Positions 27,098 to 35,551 of a stretch of DNA of 64,000 nt are shown here, piece by piece. The notes beneath the pieces were generated by a model. The model searched no databases. It had not been told where the DNA came from and saw nothing but the letters and a program-made list of their open reading frames with translations. The DNA lies in NCBI GenBank assembly GCA_963729115.1, contig CAVSMR010000003.1, forward strand, positions 1,093,720 to 1,157,719, written 5' to 3'. The translations under genes were made by a program, and so were the position numbers. This stretch comes from an uncultured Actinomycetota bacterium (GTDB lineage Bacteria; Actinomycetota; Actinomycetes; Mycobacteriales; Pseudonocardiaceae). Numbering within the stretch: position 1 is the stretch's first letter; every line of letters starts with the position of its first letter.

Positions 27098-30000
27098 ATG
27101 ACGATGCGTTTTTACGACGTCGTCGCGTTGCGGGTACCGATTGCCTTCGACGCGCACGGCGACCACGACCGGCAGGGGATGATCTTCGCGCTCGGCGAGA
27201 ACGCCGACGCGCTGCGCGAGATCGCGGCGGGCTGGCCCGATCCGTTCCCGGACCCGGTCGAGCATCCGGAGCTGATGCCGGCACCGGATCCGCTCGTCCG
27301 CCCGCTGGTGCTGCGGGCCAACGTGGGCGACCGGGTGGCCATCATGTTCCGTAACCATCTCGACCGGCCGGCGGGCATCCACGTGCAGGGCGTCGGCTAC
27401 GACGTCGACACGATGGACGGCGGCCAGGTCGGCCGCAACGCCGACTCGGCGGCCCGCGCGGGCGGGCGGCGCAGCTATGTCTGGGAGTGCACCGACGAGG
27501 GCGTGTTCTTCTTCCACGACCTCGCCGACATCCGGGGCGGGGAGGACGGCTCCAACGCCCACGGCCTGTTCGGCGCGCTGGTCGTCGAACCCGCGGGTGC
27601 ACAGTGGACGGACCCGGTGACGGGCCGGCCGGTGGTCGACGGGCTCTACGCCGACATCCACGTGCCGGGCCAGCCGAGCTTCCGCGAGTACGTCGTCTTC
27701 ATGCAGGACGAGGCGCCCAACGACAATCCGGTCAAGCCGCCGCACCCGACCTACGAGTGCGACCTGCCGCGCCCGCACGGGCATTCGGTCATCCGCGGCG
27801 AGGAGCGGCTCGTGCCCACGATCCTGACCGGGGACGACGAGCACGGGCACGGCGGGCACGCCGGCGAGGCCATGGACTCGATGATGGTCATGAGCTACCG
27901 CACCGAGCCGATGGGCTGGCGCGCGCTGGCCTACGAGCGGCTGCTCGAGCAGGGGCGGATCGACCCGGCGCGCGACGCGATCGTCGGCGAGGAGCAGCAC
28001 CACAGCTCGTGGCTGTTCGGCGACCCGGCGACGCCGATCCTGCGTGCCTACCAGGGAGACCGGGCGAAGATCCGGCTCGTGCACGCGGGCGTCAAGGAGA
28101 CCCACGTCTTCCACCTGCACCTGCACCAGTGGCGCGCGGTGCCGGGCCACGACGAGGCGCCGATCATCGACTCGATCTCGATCACGCCGCAGCAGGCGTT
28201 CACGATCGAGCCGATCGGTGGCGCGGGCTCGGTGCAGCGCGCGACCGGCGACATCATCTGGCACTGCCACCTCTACCCGCACTTCCACTCCGGCATGTGG
28301 GGTATGTGGCGGGTGTTCGACAAGCTGCAGGACGGCTCCGGCAGCTACCCGGACGGCACGCCGATCGCGGCGCTGCAGCCGCTGCCCGGCCACGAGCCGC
28401 CGGTGGCGCCGACCGCGCAGCGGCCCGGGTTCCCGGCGTTCATCGCCGGCGAGTACCCGCAGAAGTCGCCCCGCCCGCCGCGCACGCCGCTGATGCCCGA
28501 GGGTATGGGCCGCGAGCCGACCGAGCTGGAGCGCAACGCGTTCTGTCCCGACCCGCAGCCCGGCGAGGCGTTCACGAAGGCCACGCTCGACCCGGACGCG
28601 CCGGTGCGCCACTACCACCTCGTCGTGCTCGAGGGGACGGTCGACTACTACGAGTCCGCCGGCGAGGGCGGCCACGCGAACAGCTGGCACGACCACCGCG
28701 CGGTGTTCTTCGTGCTGGCCGAGGAGATCGAGGAGGCCGGCGGTGTCGAGGAGTTCCGGCGGCAGCTCGAGGAGGGCGCCCGCAAGGTCGCGCCGATCGC
28801 CATCCGCGCCCGCAAGGGCGAGGTGCTCGAGCTGACGCTCACCAACGAGCTGCCCACCGGCTGCCAGGCGGCGACGGCGTTCGACGCGGTGCTGCCGTTC
28901 CAGCCGGAGTGCGGGCTGCACGTGCACCTGGTCAAGTTCGACCCGCTGACCTCCGACGGCGCGAGCGTCGGCTGGAACTACCTGTCCGGCACGACGACCG
29001 CCGACCAGGGCGACGAGGACCACGAGCGGTACCGCAGCTGGATCTACCGGTGGTACTGCGACGAGGAGTTCGGCGTCGTGTTCTTCCACGACCACCTGCT
29101 CGCCAACGAGCGCCAGCGGCATGGCCTGTTCGGCGCGATGATCGCCGAGCCGCCGGGCGCGGTGTGGGTCGACCCGCACGACCACGCGCGCGAGGTGCGC
29201 AACGGCAACCAGGCGGTCGTGCTGCTGCCGGACGGCTCCGCGTTCCGCGAGCAGGTGCTGGGCGTCGCGGACTTCGTGCCGCTCGTCGAGCACGGCGACG
29301 GTGCGGACGGCGTGCCGATCAACCCGCCCGCGTTCCCCGGCTCGCTGGACGACCAGGGTGTGATGGGCGTGGACTACCGGTGCGCGCCGCTGCACGAGCG
29401 GCCCGGCGACCCGGCGCAGTGGTTCGCGAGCGAGGTGCACGGCGACCCGGGCACGCCGATCCTGCGCGGGTACCCGGGGGAGAGCATCCGGATCCGCCTC
29501 TACCAGGGCTCGCACGAGGAGCAGCACAGCTTCACCGTGCACGGCATGCGCTGGCACGCGTGGCGCGACGACCCGGCCTCGCCGGTGCGCGACCAGCAGA
29601 CCATCGGCATCTCCGAGGCGTTCAGCTTCCACCTGGACCGGGACACGCTGCCCGGCGATCACCTGTGGAGCTTCACCACTGCCGACGAGACCTGGCTCGG
29701 GCTGTGGGGGTTCATCCGGCTGCACGAGTCCCTTGTGGACGATCTGCCGGCCATCGCGGGTGCCTTCGAGGGGGCGGGGCTGCCGCCGATCGACCCGGTC
29801 CGGGTGCGGCGCTACGACGTGCGGGTGGTGCCGCACGAGATCGCCTACAGCGACCAGCGCAGCGACCCGTTCGGCACGGTGTACACAGTGGACGGACAGC
29901 CGCCGGGCGATCCGCTGATCCTGCGCTGCCGGGTCGGCGAGTGGGTGGAGATCCGGCTGCACAACGACCTGCCCGGACCCGGCGAGCCGACCCCGTTCGA

Positions 30001-30787
30001 CCCGGTGTTCTCCGCGAAGGACGAGCCCGCCGAGCGGGAGATCTCCGAGCGGGTGTCGCTGCACGCCGGCAGCCTGCTGCGCACGGACGTGCGGACCGCG
30101 GACGGCGCATGGGTCGGCCGCAACCCGGACACCACCATCAAGCCGGGTGACGAGATCGTGCAGCGCTGGTACGCCGACCGCGAGGGCGTGGTGCTGCTGC
30201 AGGATCGGGCGGACGTGCGGACGCACCGCCACCGCGGCCTCGTCGGCGCGCTCGTCGTGGAGCCGGCGGACGTGACGCCCACGAAATGGGTGGGGGCGCG
30301 CGCGGACCTGCGCGGGCCCGGCGGCTCGCTCGAGCGGGAGCTGGTGCTGCTGCTGCAGGACGGGGTGCGCATGTACCACGACGGCGACGCGACGCAGCCG
30401 GTCCGCGACCTGGAGGACGAGCCGGACGACACGGGGCAGAAGGCGCTGAACTACCGCAGCGCGCACCTGCTGCCGCGGCGCCCGTCGCTGGCCGATCCGG
30501 ATCCGGGCACGCCCGTGCTCGACTGCGCGCCGGGCGACCGGGTGAAGCTGCATCTCGTGCTGGGCACCGACCGTGCGCGCAACCACGGTTTCCTGGTGCA
30601 CGGCCATACCTGGCCGATGGAGGAGCACCTGAGCTCGCCGCGGGTGGGGGCGATCGGGGCCTTGAGCGTCGCCGGCGCTCGGACGCTCCGGTTCACGGCG
30701 GGAGATGCGGGTGACTACGCCTACCGGTCCGGTGTCCTGCGGTGGGCGGTCACGGAAGGGTTGTGGGGCCTGATCCGGGTCCGCTGA
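27098..30787 (+). CDS. mnxG: Large six-domain multicopper oxidase, MnxG (Mn(II) oxidase)-like, 1229 aa
   Basis: THVFHLHLHQW (28103-28126), HCHLYPHFHSGM (28262-28297), HVH (28919-28927), HDH (29087-29095); repeated GDPxTP(I/V)L and G(M/L)WG..RV domain ends; blocks match Bacillus MnxG as recalled. Confidence 0.8.
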   Translation: MTMRFYDVVALRVPIAFDAHGDHDRQGMIFALGENADALREIAAGWPDPFPDPVEHPELMPAPDPLVRPLVLRANVGDRVAIMFRNHLDRPAGIHVQGVGYDVDTMDGGQVGRNADSAARAGGRRSYVWECTDEGVFFFHDLADIRGGEDGSNAHGLFGALVVEPAGAQWTDPVTGRPVVDGLYADIHVPGQPSFREYVVFMQDEAPNDNPVKPPHPTYECDLPRPHGHSVIRGEERLVPTILTGDDEHGHGGHAGEAMDSMMVMSYRTEPMGWRALAYERLLEQGRIDPARDAIVGEEQHHSSWLFGDPATPILRAYQGDRAKIRLVHAGVKETHVFHLHLHQWRAVPGHDEAPIIDSISITPQQAFTIEPIGGAGSVQRATGDIIWHCHLYPHFHSGMWGMWRVFDKLQDGSGSYPDGTPIAALQPLPGHEPPVAPTAQRPGFPAFIAGEYPQKSPRPPRTPLMPEGMGREPTELERNAFCPDPQPGEAFTKATLDPDAPVRHYHLVVLEGTVDYYESAGEGGHANSWHDHRAVFFVLAEEIEEAGGVEEFRRQLEEGARKVAPIAIRARKGEVLELTLTNELPTGCQAATAFDAVLPFQPECGLHVHLVKFDPLTSDGASVGWNYLSGTTTADQGDEDHERYRSWIYRWYCDEEFGVVFFHDHLLANERQRHGLFGAMIAEPPGAVWVDPHDHAREVRNGNQAVVLLPDGSAFREQVLGVADFVPLVEHGDGADGVPINPPAFPGSLDDQGVMGVDYRCAPLHERPGDPAQWFASEVHGDPGTPILRGYPGESIRIRLYQGSHEEQHSFTVHGMRWHAWRDDPASPVRDQQTIGISEAFSFHLDRDTLPGDHLWSFTTADETWLGLWGFIRLHESLVDDLPAIAGAFEGAGLPPIDPVRVRRYDVRVVPHEIAYSDQRSDPFGTVYTVDGQPPGDPLILRCRVGEWVEIRLHNDLPGPGEPTPFDPVFSAKDEPAEREISERVSLHAGSLLRTDVRTADGAWVGRNPDTTIKPGDEIVQRWYADREGVVLLQDRADVRTHRHRGLVGALVVEPADVTPTKWVGARADLRGPGGSLERELVLLLQDGVRMYHDGDATQPVRDLEDEPDDTGQKALNYRSAHLLPRRPSLADPDPGTPVLDCAPGDRVKLHLVLGTDRARNHGFLVHGHTWPMEEHLSSPRVGAIGALSVAGARTLRFTAGDAGDYAYRSGVLRWAVTEGLWGLIRVR

Positions 30788-30797
30788 CCGCGGCGGG

Positions 30798-30831
30798 ACG
30801 GCGGGCCGCGTTCCCTGGTGCGGCCCGCCGT
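30798..30831 (+). terminator. Probable intrinsic terminator after the multicopper oxidase
   Basis: ACGGCGGGCCGCG / TGCGGCCCGCCGT stem ending in TTT. Confidence 0.65.
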
Positions 30832-30836
30832 TTCGT

Positions 30837-31664
30837 ATGGTGGACCGTGTGACTTCGCAGACCGCGTTGAAGGCTGCCGCCGGCCGCGCCGCGCACCTGC
30901 TCGTGGACCAGCCGCCCTACCTGCTCGACGATCCCGTGGCCGAGCGCATGCTCGGGGACCGGGCGGACGAGCTGATCGATCGGCACCGGCTGGCCGGTGC
31001 CGATCCCGTCGTGACGGCCGCCCGCGCACAGGTCACGGCCCGCACGCGGTTCACCGAGGACCGGCTCGCGGCGGCCGGGCTGGACCAGTACGTGCTGCTG
31101 GGCGCCGGGCTCGACTCGTTCGCGCACCGGTCGCCGCTGGCCGGGGCGGTGCGGGTGTTCGAGGTGGACCACCCGGAAACGCAGGAGTACAAGCGATCGG
31201 TCGCGCCGGACGGGCCGGTGACCTACGTGCCGGTCGACTTCGCGACGGACGGGTTGCTGGATCGGCTGACCGCCGCGGGTTTCGACCCGGCCCGCCCGGC
31301 GTTCGTCAGCTGGCTCGGCGTGTCGGTCTACCTCGACCTGCCCGACATCGAGCGGCTCTTGGCCGTGGTCGGCGCGTTCGCGCCCGGCAGCGAGCTCGTC
31401 GCGGAGCACATGCTGCCCGCCGGGCATCGCGACGCCGCCGGTGACGCGTACATCGAGGCGATCGAGCCCATGGTGGTGCGCGTCGGCGAGCCGTGGCGGA
31501 GCATGCTGTCCGCCGCGGCCATCACGGACGTGTTGCAGCGCAACGGGTTCGGCGCGGTGCGCTCGGTCCGCCAGCGCGACTGGGTCGACCCCGTGCTGTG
31601 GGAACGCAGCGACGGCCTGGCCCCGATCCAGGTGTCGGCGCTCGCGCACGCGGTGGTGGGCTGA
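30837..31664 (+). CDS. SAM-dependent methyltransferase (LCM/Rv0893c-like)
   Basis: QYVLLGAGLDSFAHR, VFEVDHPETQ, VPVDF, SWLGVSVYL. Confidence 0.88.
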   Translation: MVDRVTSQTALKAAAGRAAHLLVDQPPYLLDDPVAERMLGDRADELIDRHRLAGADPVVTAARAQVTARTRFTEDRLAAAGLDQYVLLGAGLDSFAHRSPLAGAVRVFEVDHPETQEYKRSVAPDGPVTYVPVDFATDGLLDRLTAAGFDPARPAFVSWLGVSVYLDLPDIERLLAVVGAFAPGSELVAEHMLPAGHRDAAGDAYIEAIEPMVVRVGEPWRSMLSAAAITDVLQRNGFGAVRSVRQRDWVDPVLWERSDGLAPIQVSALAHAVVG

Positions 31665-31665
31665 G

Positions 31666-33774
31666 TCAGTCCGGCGGCCAGGCAGGGTCGGTGGTCAGGA
31701 CGGTCAGGCGCTGGGTGGCGCGGGTCAGCGCCACGTACAGGGTGCGCGGGCCGGTCGTCGACTCGGTCACCAGCTCGTTGGGCTCCACGAGGACGACCGC
31801 GTCGTACTCCAGGCCCTTCGCGTCCAGGCCGTCGACCACGGACAGGCGCTCATCGTCCACTTCGGACAGCGCGGTGCGCACCGCGGCGAGCCGGCTGGTC
31901 GCGGTGATCACGCCCACCGTGCCGTCCACGTCGGCGAGCAGCTCGGCCGCCGCCGTGCGCACGGCGGCGGGGAGCTCGGTGGCCGACAGCGTGCGGACCG
32001 AGGGCTTCACCCCGGTCGAGCGCACGGCCGTGGGCAGCTGGTCGGGCGTGGCCACGCCGCCGACCACCTTGGCGGCCAGCTCGAAGATCTCCGCGGAGTT
32101 GCGGTAGTTCGTGGCGAGCGTGAAGCGCCGCAGCGTCGCGCGGGCGCCCAGCGCCGCGGCCCGGGCCGACGCCGCCTCCGCCGGGTCCGGCCACGAGCTC
32201 TGCACCGGGTCGCCGACGATCGTCCAGCTCGCGTACCTGCCGCGCCGGCCGACCATGCGCCACTGCATGGGGGAGAGGTCCTGCGCCTCGTCGACGACGA
32301 TGTGCGAGTACTCGTCGTAGTGCTCGGCCCGCCGGTAGCCCTGGACCGCCTCGCCCCATGCCGCGAGCTCGGCCGCCTGCTGCGCGGCCCGCCGCCGGTG
32401 CCGCCGCGGCGGCTTGCCCAGCAGCACCCGCAGCTCGTCCAGCAGCGCCACGTCCGCGACCGTCGGTCCGGCCGACCCCGTCCACGACGCCGCGAGCAGG
32501 CCGACCTCGTGCGGCGAGAGCGTCCGCCCGGCGGCCGCGGCCAGCCGCGTCCGGTCCGCGAACCAGGCCAGCACCTCGCGCGCGGTCAGGATCGGCCACC
32601 ACACCACCACGAACCGGTGGAAGTCGATGCGCTCGCCGAGCTCGGTGACCAGCGTGTCGTGATCCATGCCCGGCCGGTCGTGCGCCTGCCGCCACAACGC
32701 CTCCAGCAGCGCTTCCGCGGCGTCCACCCGGGACTGGTTCGGCGGGCGCCCGGCCGCGTGCACGGCGCGGCGCACCCGGGCGAGCTCGCTCGCGTCGAGC
32801 TTGAGGACCTCGCCGCGGTAGGTGATCCGCAGCTGCTCCGGCGCGTCCGGTGGCGCCTCCCGCAGCGCCCGCTTGAGCACCCGCCGCATCCGCAGCGACC
32901 CCTTGACCCGCGCCACGTCGGGGGTGTCGTGCGCCACGGCCCCGGCCCCGTCGAGTACCTCGCCCAGCGAGCGGAGCTCGACCGTGTCCTCGCCCATCGA
33001 GGGCAGCACGCGGGAGATGTAGGACGTGAACGCCGCCGACGGGCCGATCACGAGCACGCCGGAGCCGCCCATCCGCCGCCGGTCGCGGTAGAGCAGGTAG
33101 GCGACCCGGTGCAGCGCCACCGCGGTCTTGCCGGTGCCCGGCCCGCCGGTGATCTCGGTGATCCCGCGCCACGGCGCGCGGATCGCCTCGTCCTGCTCCT
33201 TCTGGATCGTGGCGACGATGTCGCGCATCTTGTCGCCGCGGGCGCGGGTGAGCGAGGCCATCAGCGCGCCCTCGCCGACCACGGCCATGCTCTCGGGCCG
33301 CCGGTCCGGCGCGAGCAGGTCGTCGTCGATGTCCACAACGGACTGGCCGGTCGAGCGGATGACGCGGCGGCGGATGACGTTCATCGGCTGCTCGGCGGTG
33401 GCCTGGTAGAACGCGGCCGCGGCCGGCGCCCGCCAGTCGGTGACCAGGTTGTCGAAGTTCAGGTCCCGCACGCCGAGCCGGCCGACGTGCATGGTCTCGC
33501 CGTCGGTGGTGTCCAGCCGGCCGAACACCAGACCCTCGTGCTCGGCGTCGAGGCTGCGCAGGATCTGGTTGGCGTGGCGCACCATCACGTCGCGTTCGAA
33601 CAGCATGGACGCCTGCTCGAAGATGGCCTCGTTGCGGGCGCCGTGCGCGAGCTGGTCACCGCGGCGGCGCATGTCCCGCGCCTCGGTGCGCATCTCCTCG
33701 ACCCGTGCGTACACGACATCGATATGAGCTTGCTCGACCGCGATCTCGGCCTGCCTGACAGAGGTGTGCGACAC
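31666..33774 (-). CDS. helD: HelD-like UvrD/SF1 ATPase (RNA polymerase recycling family)
   Basis: DWRAPAAAAFY, MRDIVATIQKEQD, GGPGTGKTAVALHR, VVDEAQD, KGLEYD, LYVALTRATQRL. Confidence 0.8.
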   Translation of the reverse strand: MSHTSVRQAEIAVEQAHIDVVYARVEEMRTEARDMRRRGDQLAHGARNEAIFEQASMLFERDVMVRHANQILRSLDAEHEGLVFGRLDTTDGETMHVGRLGVRDLNFDNLVTDWRAPAAAAFYQATAEQPMNVIRRRVIRSTGQSVVDIDDDLLAPDRRPESMAVVGEGALMASLTRARGDKMRDIVATIQKEQDEAIRAPWRGITEITGGPGTGKTAVALHRVAYLLYRDRRRMGGSGVLVIGPSAAFTSYISRVLPSMGEDTVELRSLGEVLDGAGAVAHDTPDVARVKGSLRMRRVLKRALREAPPDAPEQLRITYRGEVLKLDASELARVRRAVHAAGRPPNQSRVDAAEALLEALWRQAHDRPGMDHDTLVTELGERIDFHRFVVVWWPILTAREVLAWFADRTRLAAAAGRTLSPHEVGLLAASWTGSAGPTVADVALLDELRVLLGKPPRRHRRRAAQQAAELAAWGEAVQGYRRAEHYDEYSHIVVDEAQDLSPMQWRMVGRRGRYASWTIVGDPVQSSWPDPAEAASARAAALGARATLRRFTLATNYRNSAEIFELAAKVVGGVATPDQLPTAVRSTGVKPSVRTLSATELPAAVRTAAAELLADVDGTVGVITATSRLAAVRTALSEVDDERLSVVDGLDAKGLEYDAVVLVEPNELVTESTTGPRTLYVALTRATQRLTVLTTDPAWPPD

Positions 33775-33873
33775 CCAGCCGCTCCAGGTGGTGAGTGGGA
33801 AGAGCGAGCCTACGCGAATTCAGCCGTCCGGGGGGTGCGAACCCTGGTGGCGGCCCTGCGCGACGATGTCCCG

Positions 33874-34422
33874 GTGACCAGGATCGTGGCCGGGAGTGCG
33901 GGCGGGCGCCGGCTCGCCGTGCCGAAGGGAGGAACCCGGCCGACTTCCGACCGGGTTCGCGAGGCGCTGTTCAGCGCGGTCGAGGCCGCCATGGACCTCG
34001 AGGGTGCCCGCGTGCTGGACCTGTACGCCGGGACGGGCGCGCTCGGGCTGGAGGCGTTGTCGCGCGGCGCGGCCACGGCGGTGCTGGTCGAGTCGGACGC
34101 GAGCGCGGTGGCGGTGCTGCGCAAGAACATCGCCGCGGTCGGGCTGCCCGGCGCGGTGGCGCGGCCGGGCAAGGTCGCGGCGGTGCTCGCCGAGCCGCCC
34201 GCGGCGCCGTTCGACCTCGTGCTCGCCGACCCGCCGTACGCGCTGGACCCGGCCGGCGACCTGGTGGCACTCGTGTCGCACGGCTGGGTCGCCCCGGGCT
34301 CGCTGGTGGTGGTCGAACGGGCCCGCCGCTCCGGCCCACCGACGTGGCCGGCCGGGCTGGTATCCGGCAGGACCCGCCGCTACGGCGACACGGAACTGCA
34401 CTGGGCACGAGCCGAGGGCTGA
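33874..34422 (+). CDS. rsmD: 16S rRNA m2G966 methyltransferase
   Basis: RIVAG..GRRL, TRPTSDRVREALF, LDLYAGTGALGLEALSRG, DPPY. Confidence 0.93.
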   Translation: MTRIVAGSAGGRRLAVPKGGTRPTSDRVREALFSAVEAAMDLEGARVLDLYAGTGALGLEALSRGAATAVLVESDASAVAVLRKNIAAVGLPGAVARPGKVAAVLAEPPAAPFDLVLADPPYALDPAGDLVALVSHGWVAPGSLVVVERARRSGPPTWPAGLVSGRTRRYGDTELHWARAEG

Positions 34423-34541
34423 CCAGCGGTGACCTAAGGGGACCGTGACGCAACCCAGCCCCGCGCACGTGATCAACCGCACCCAACCGGGGAAACGCAA
34501 CCAACACAAAGAAATCCGGGGAGGCGGTACAGTCCGCCCCT

Positions 34542-35024
34542 ATGAGGCGCGCGGTGTGTCCTGGTTCGTACGACCCGCCGACCAACGGTCACCTCGACAT
34601 CCTCGAGCGGACCGCCGCCGTGTTCGACGAGGTCGTCGTCGCGGTGCTGATCAACAAGAACAAGCGCGGCCTGTTCACGGTCGAGGAACGCATGGAGCTG
34701 CTCGCCGAGACGGTTGCCCACCTGCCCAACGTGCGGATCGACTCGTGGCACGGCCTGCTGGTGGACTACTGCCGGCAGAACGACGTCAGCGTGATCGTCA
34801 AGGGCCTGCGCGCGGTGAGCGACTTCGACTACGAGCTGCAGATGGCGCAGATGAACCAGCAGCTGGCGGGCGTGGAGACGCTGTTCATGCCGACGAAGCC
34901 GCTGAACAGCTTCCTGTCCAGCTCGCTGGTCAAGGAGGTGGCCACCTACGGCGGCGACGTGGCACACCTGCTGCCCGAGAACGTGTACCGCCGCCTGCGC
35001 AAACGCCTCGCCGAGGAGAGCTGA
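34542..35024 (+). CDS. coaD: Phosphopantetheine adenylyltransferase
   Basis: CPGSYDPPTNGHLD, KGLRAVSDFDYE, SSSLVKE. Confidence 0.97.
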   Translation: MRRAVCPGSYDPPTNGHLDILERTAAVFDEVVVAVLINKNKRGLFTVEERMELLAETVAHLPNVRIDSWHGLLVDYCRQNDVSVIVKGLRAVSDFDYELQMAQMNQQLAGVETLFMPTKPLNSFLSSSLVKEVATYGGDVAHLLPENVYRRLRKRLAEES

Positions 35025-35026
35025 CC

Positions 35027-35476
35027 CTAGAGGGCCAGCTTCATGCCCACGTGGCTGGCGACGAAGCCCAGCCGTTCGTAGAACCGGTGGGCGTCCACCC
35101 GGCTCGCGTCCGTCGTCAGCTGCACCATGGCCGCGCCGTGCTCGCGGGAGGTCGCGATCGCCCACTGCGCCAGGCGGCGTCCGAGGCCGCTGCCGCGCTG
35201 GTCCGAGCGCACCCGCACCGCCTCGATCAGGGCCCGGGTCGCGCCGCGGCGGGACAGGCCCGGGATGAACGTCAGCTGCAGCGTGCCCACCACCGACTCA
35301 CCCGCCACCGCGACCGCGAGGTACTGGCGCGGGTCGGCGTCGATCTCCGCGAACGCCGCCGCGTAGGCCGGGTCGCCGGGGGACTCGCGGCGGGCCCCGA
35401 GCGGGTCATCGGCGAGCATGGCCACGATCGCCGGAACATCTCCTGCCGTGGCGCGGCGGATCACGAGATCATCCAT
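35027..35476 (-). CDS. GNAT-family N-acetyltransferase
   Basis: IEAVRVRSDQRGSGLG, VQLTTDASRVDAHRFYERLGF. Confidence 0.9.
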   Translation of the reverse strand: MDDLVIRRATAGDVPAIVAMLADDPLGARRESPGDPAYAAAFAEIDADPRQYLAVAVAGESVVGTLQLTFIPGLSRRGATRALIEAVRVRSDQRGSGLGRRLAQWAIATSREHGAAMVQLTTDASRVDAHRFYERLGFVASHVGMKLAL

Positions 35477-35551
35477 GCCCTCATTCAAACCGACCGGTAA
35501 CCGACTATCGGCGTATTCAGCCTTCCGGCATCGCGGAGTTACGGTCGGTGA

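Noticed and set aside
31666-33873. helD as rifamycin-resistance HelR
   Set aside because: No rifamycin-associated-element palindrome is visible upstream in 33775-33873.
34423-34541. Repeated CAACC motifs in the A/C-rich rsmD-coaD spacer
   Set aside because: Irregular spacing and no stable structure; not CRISPR-like or iteron-like.
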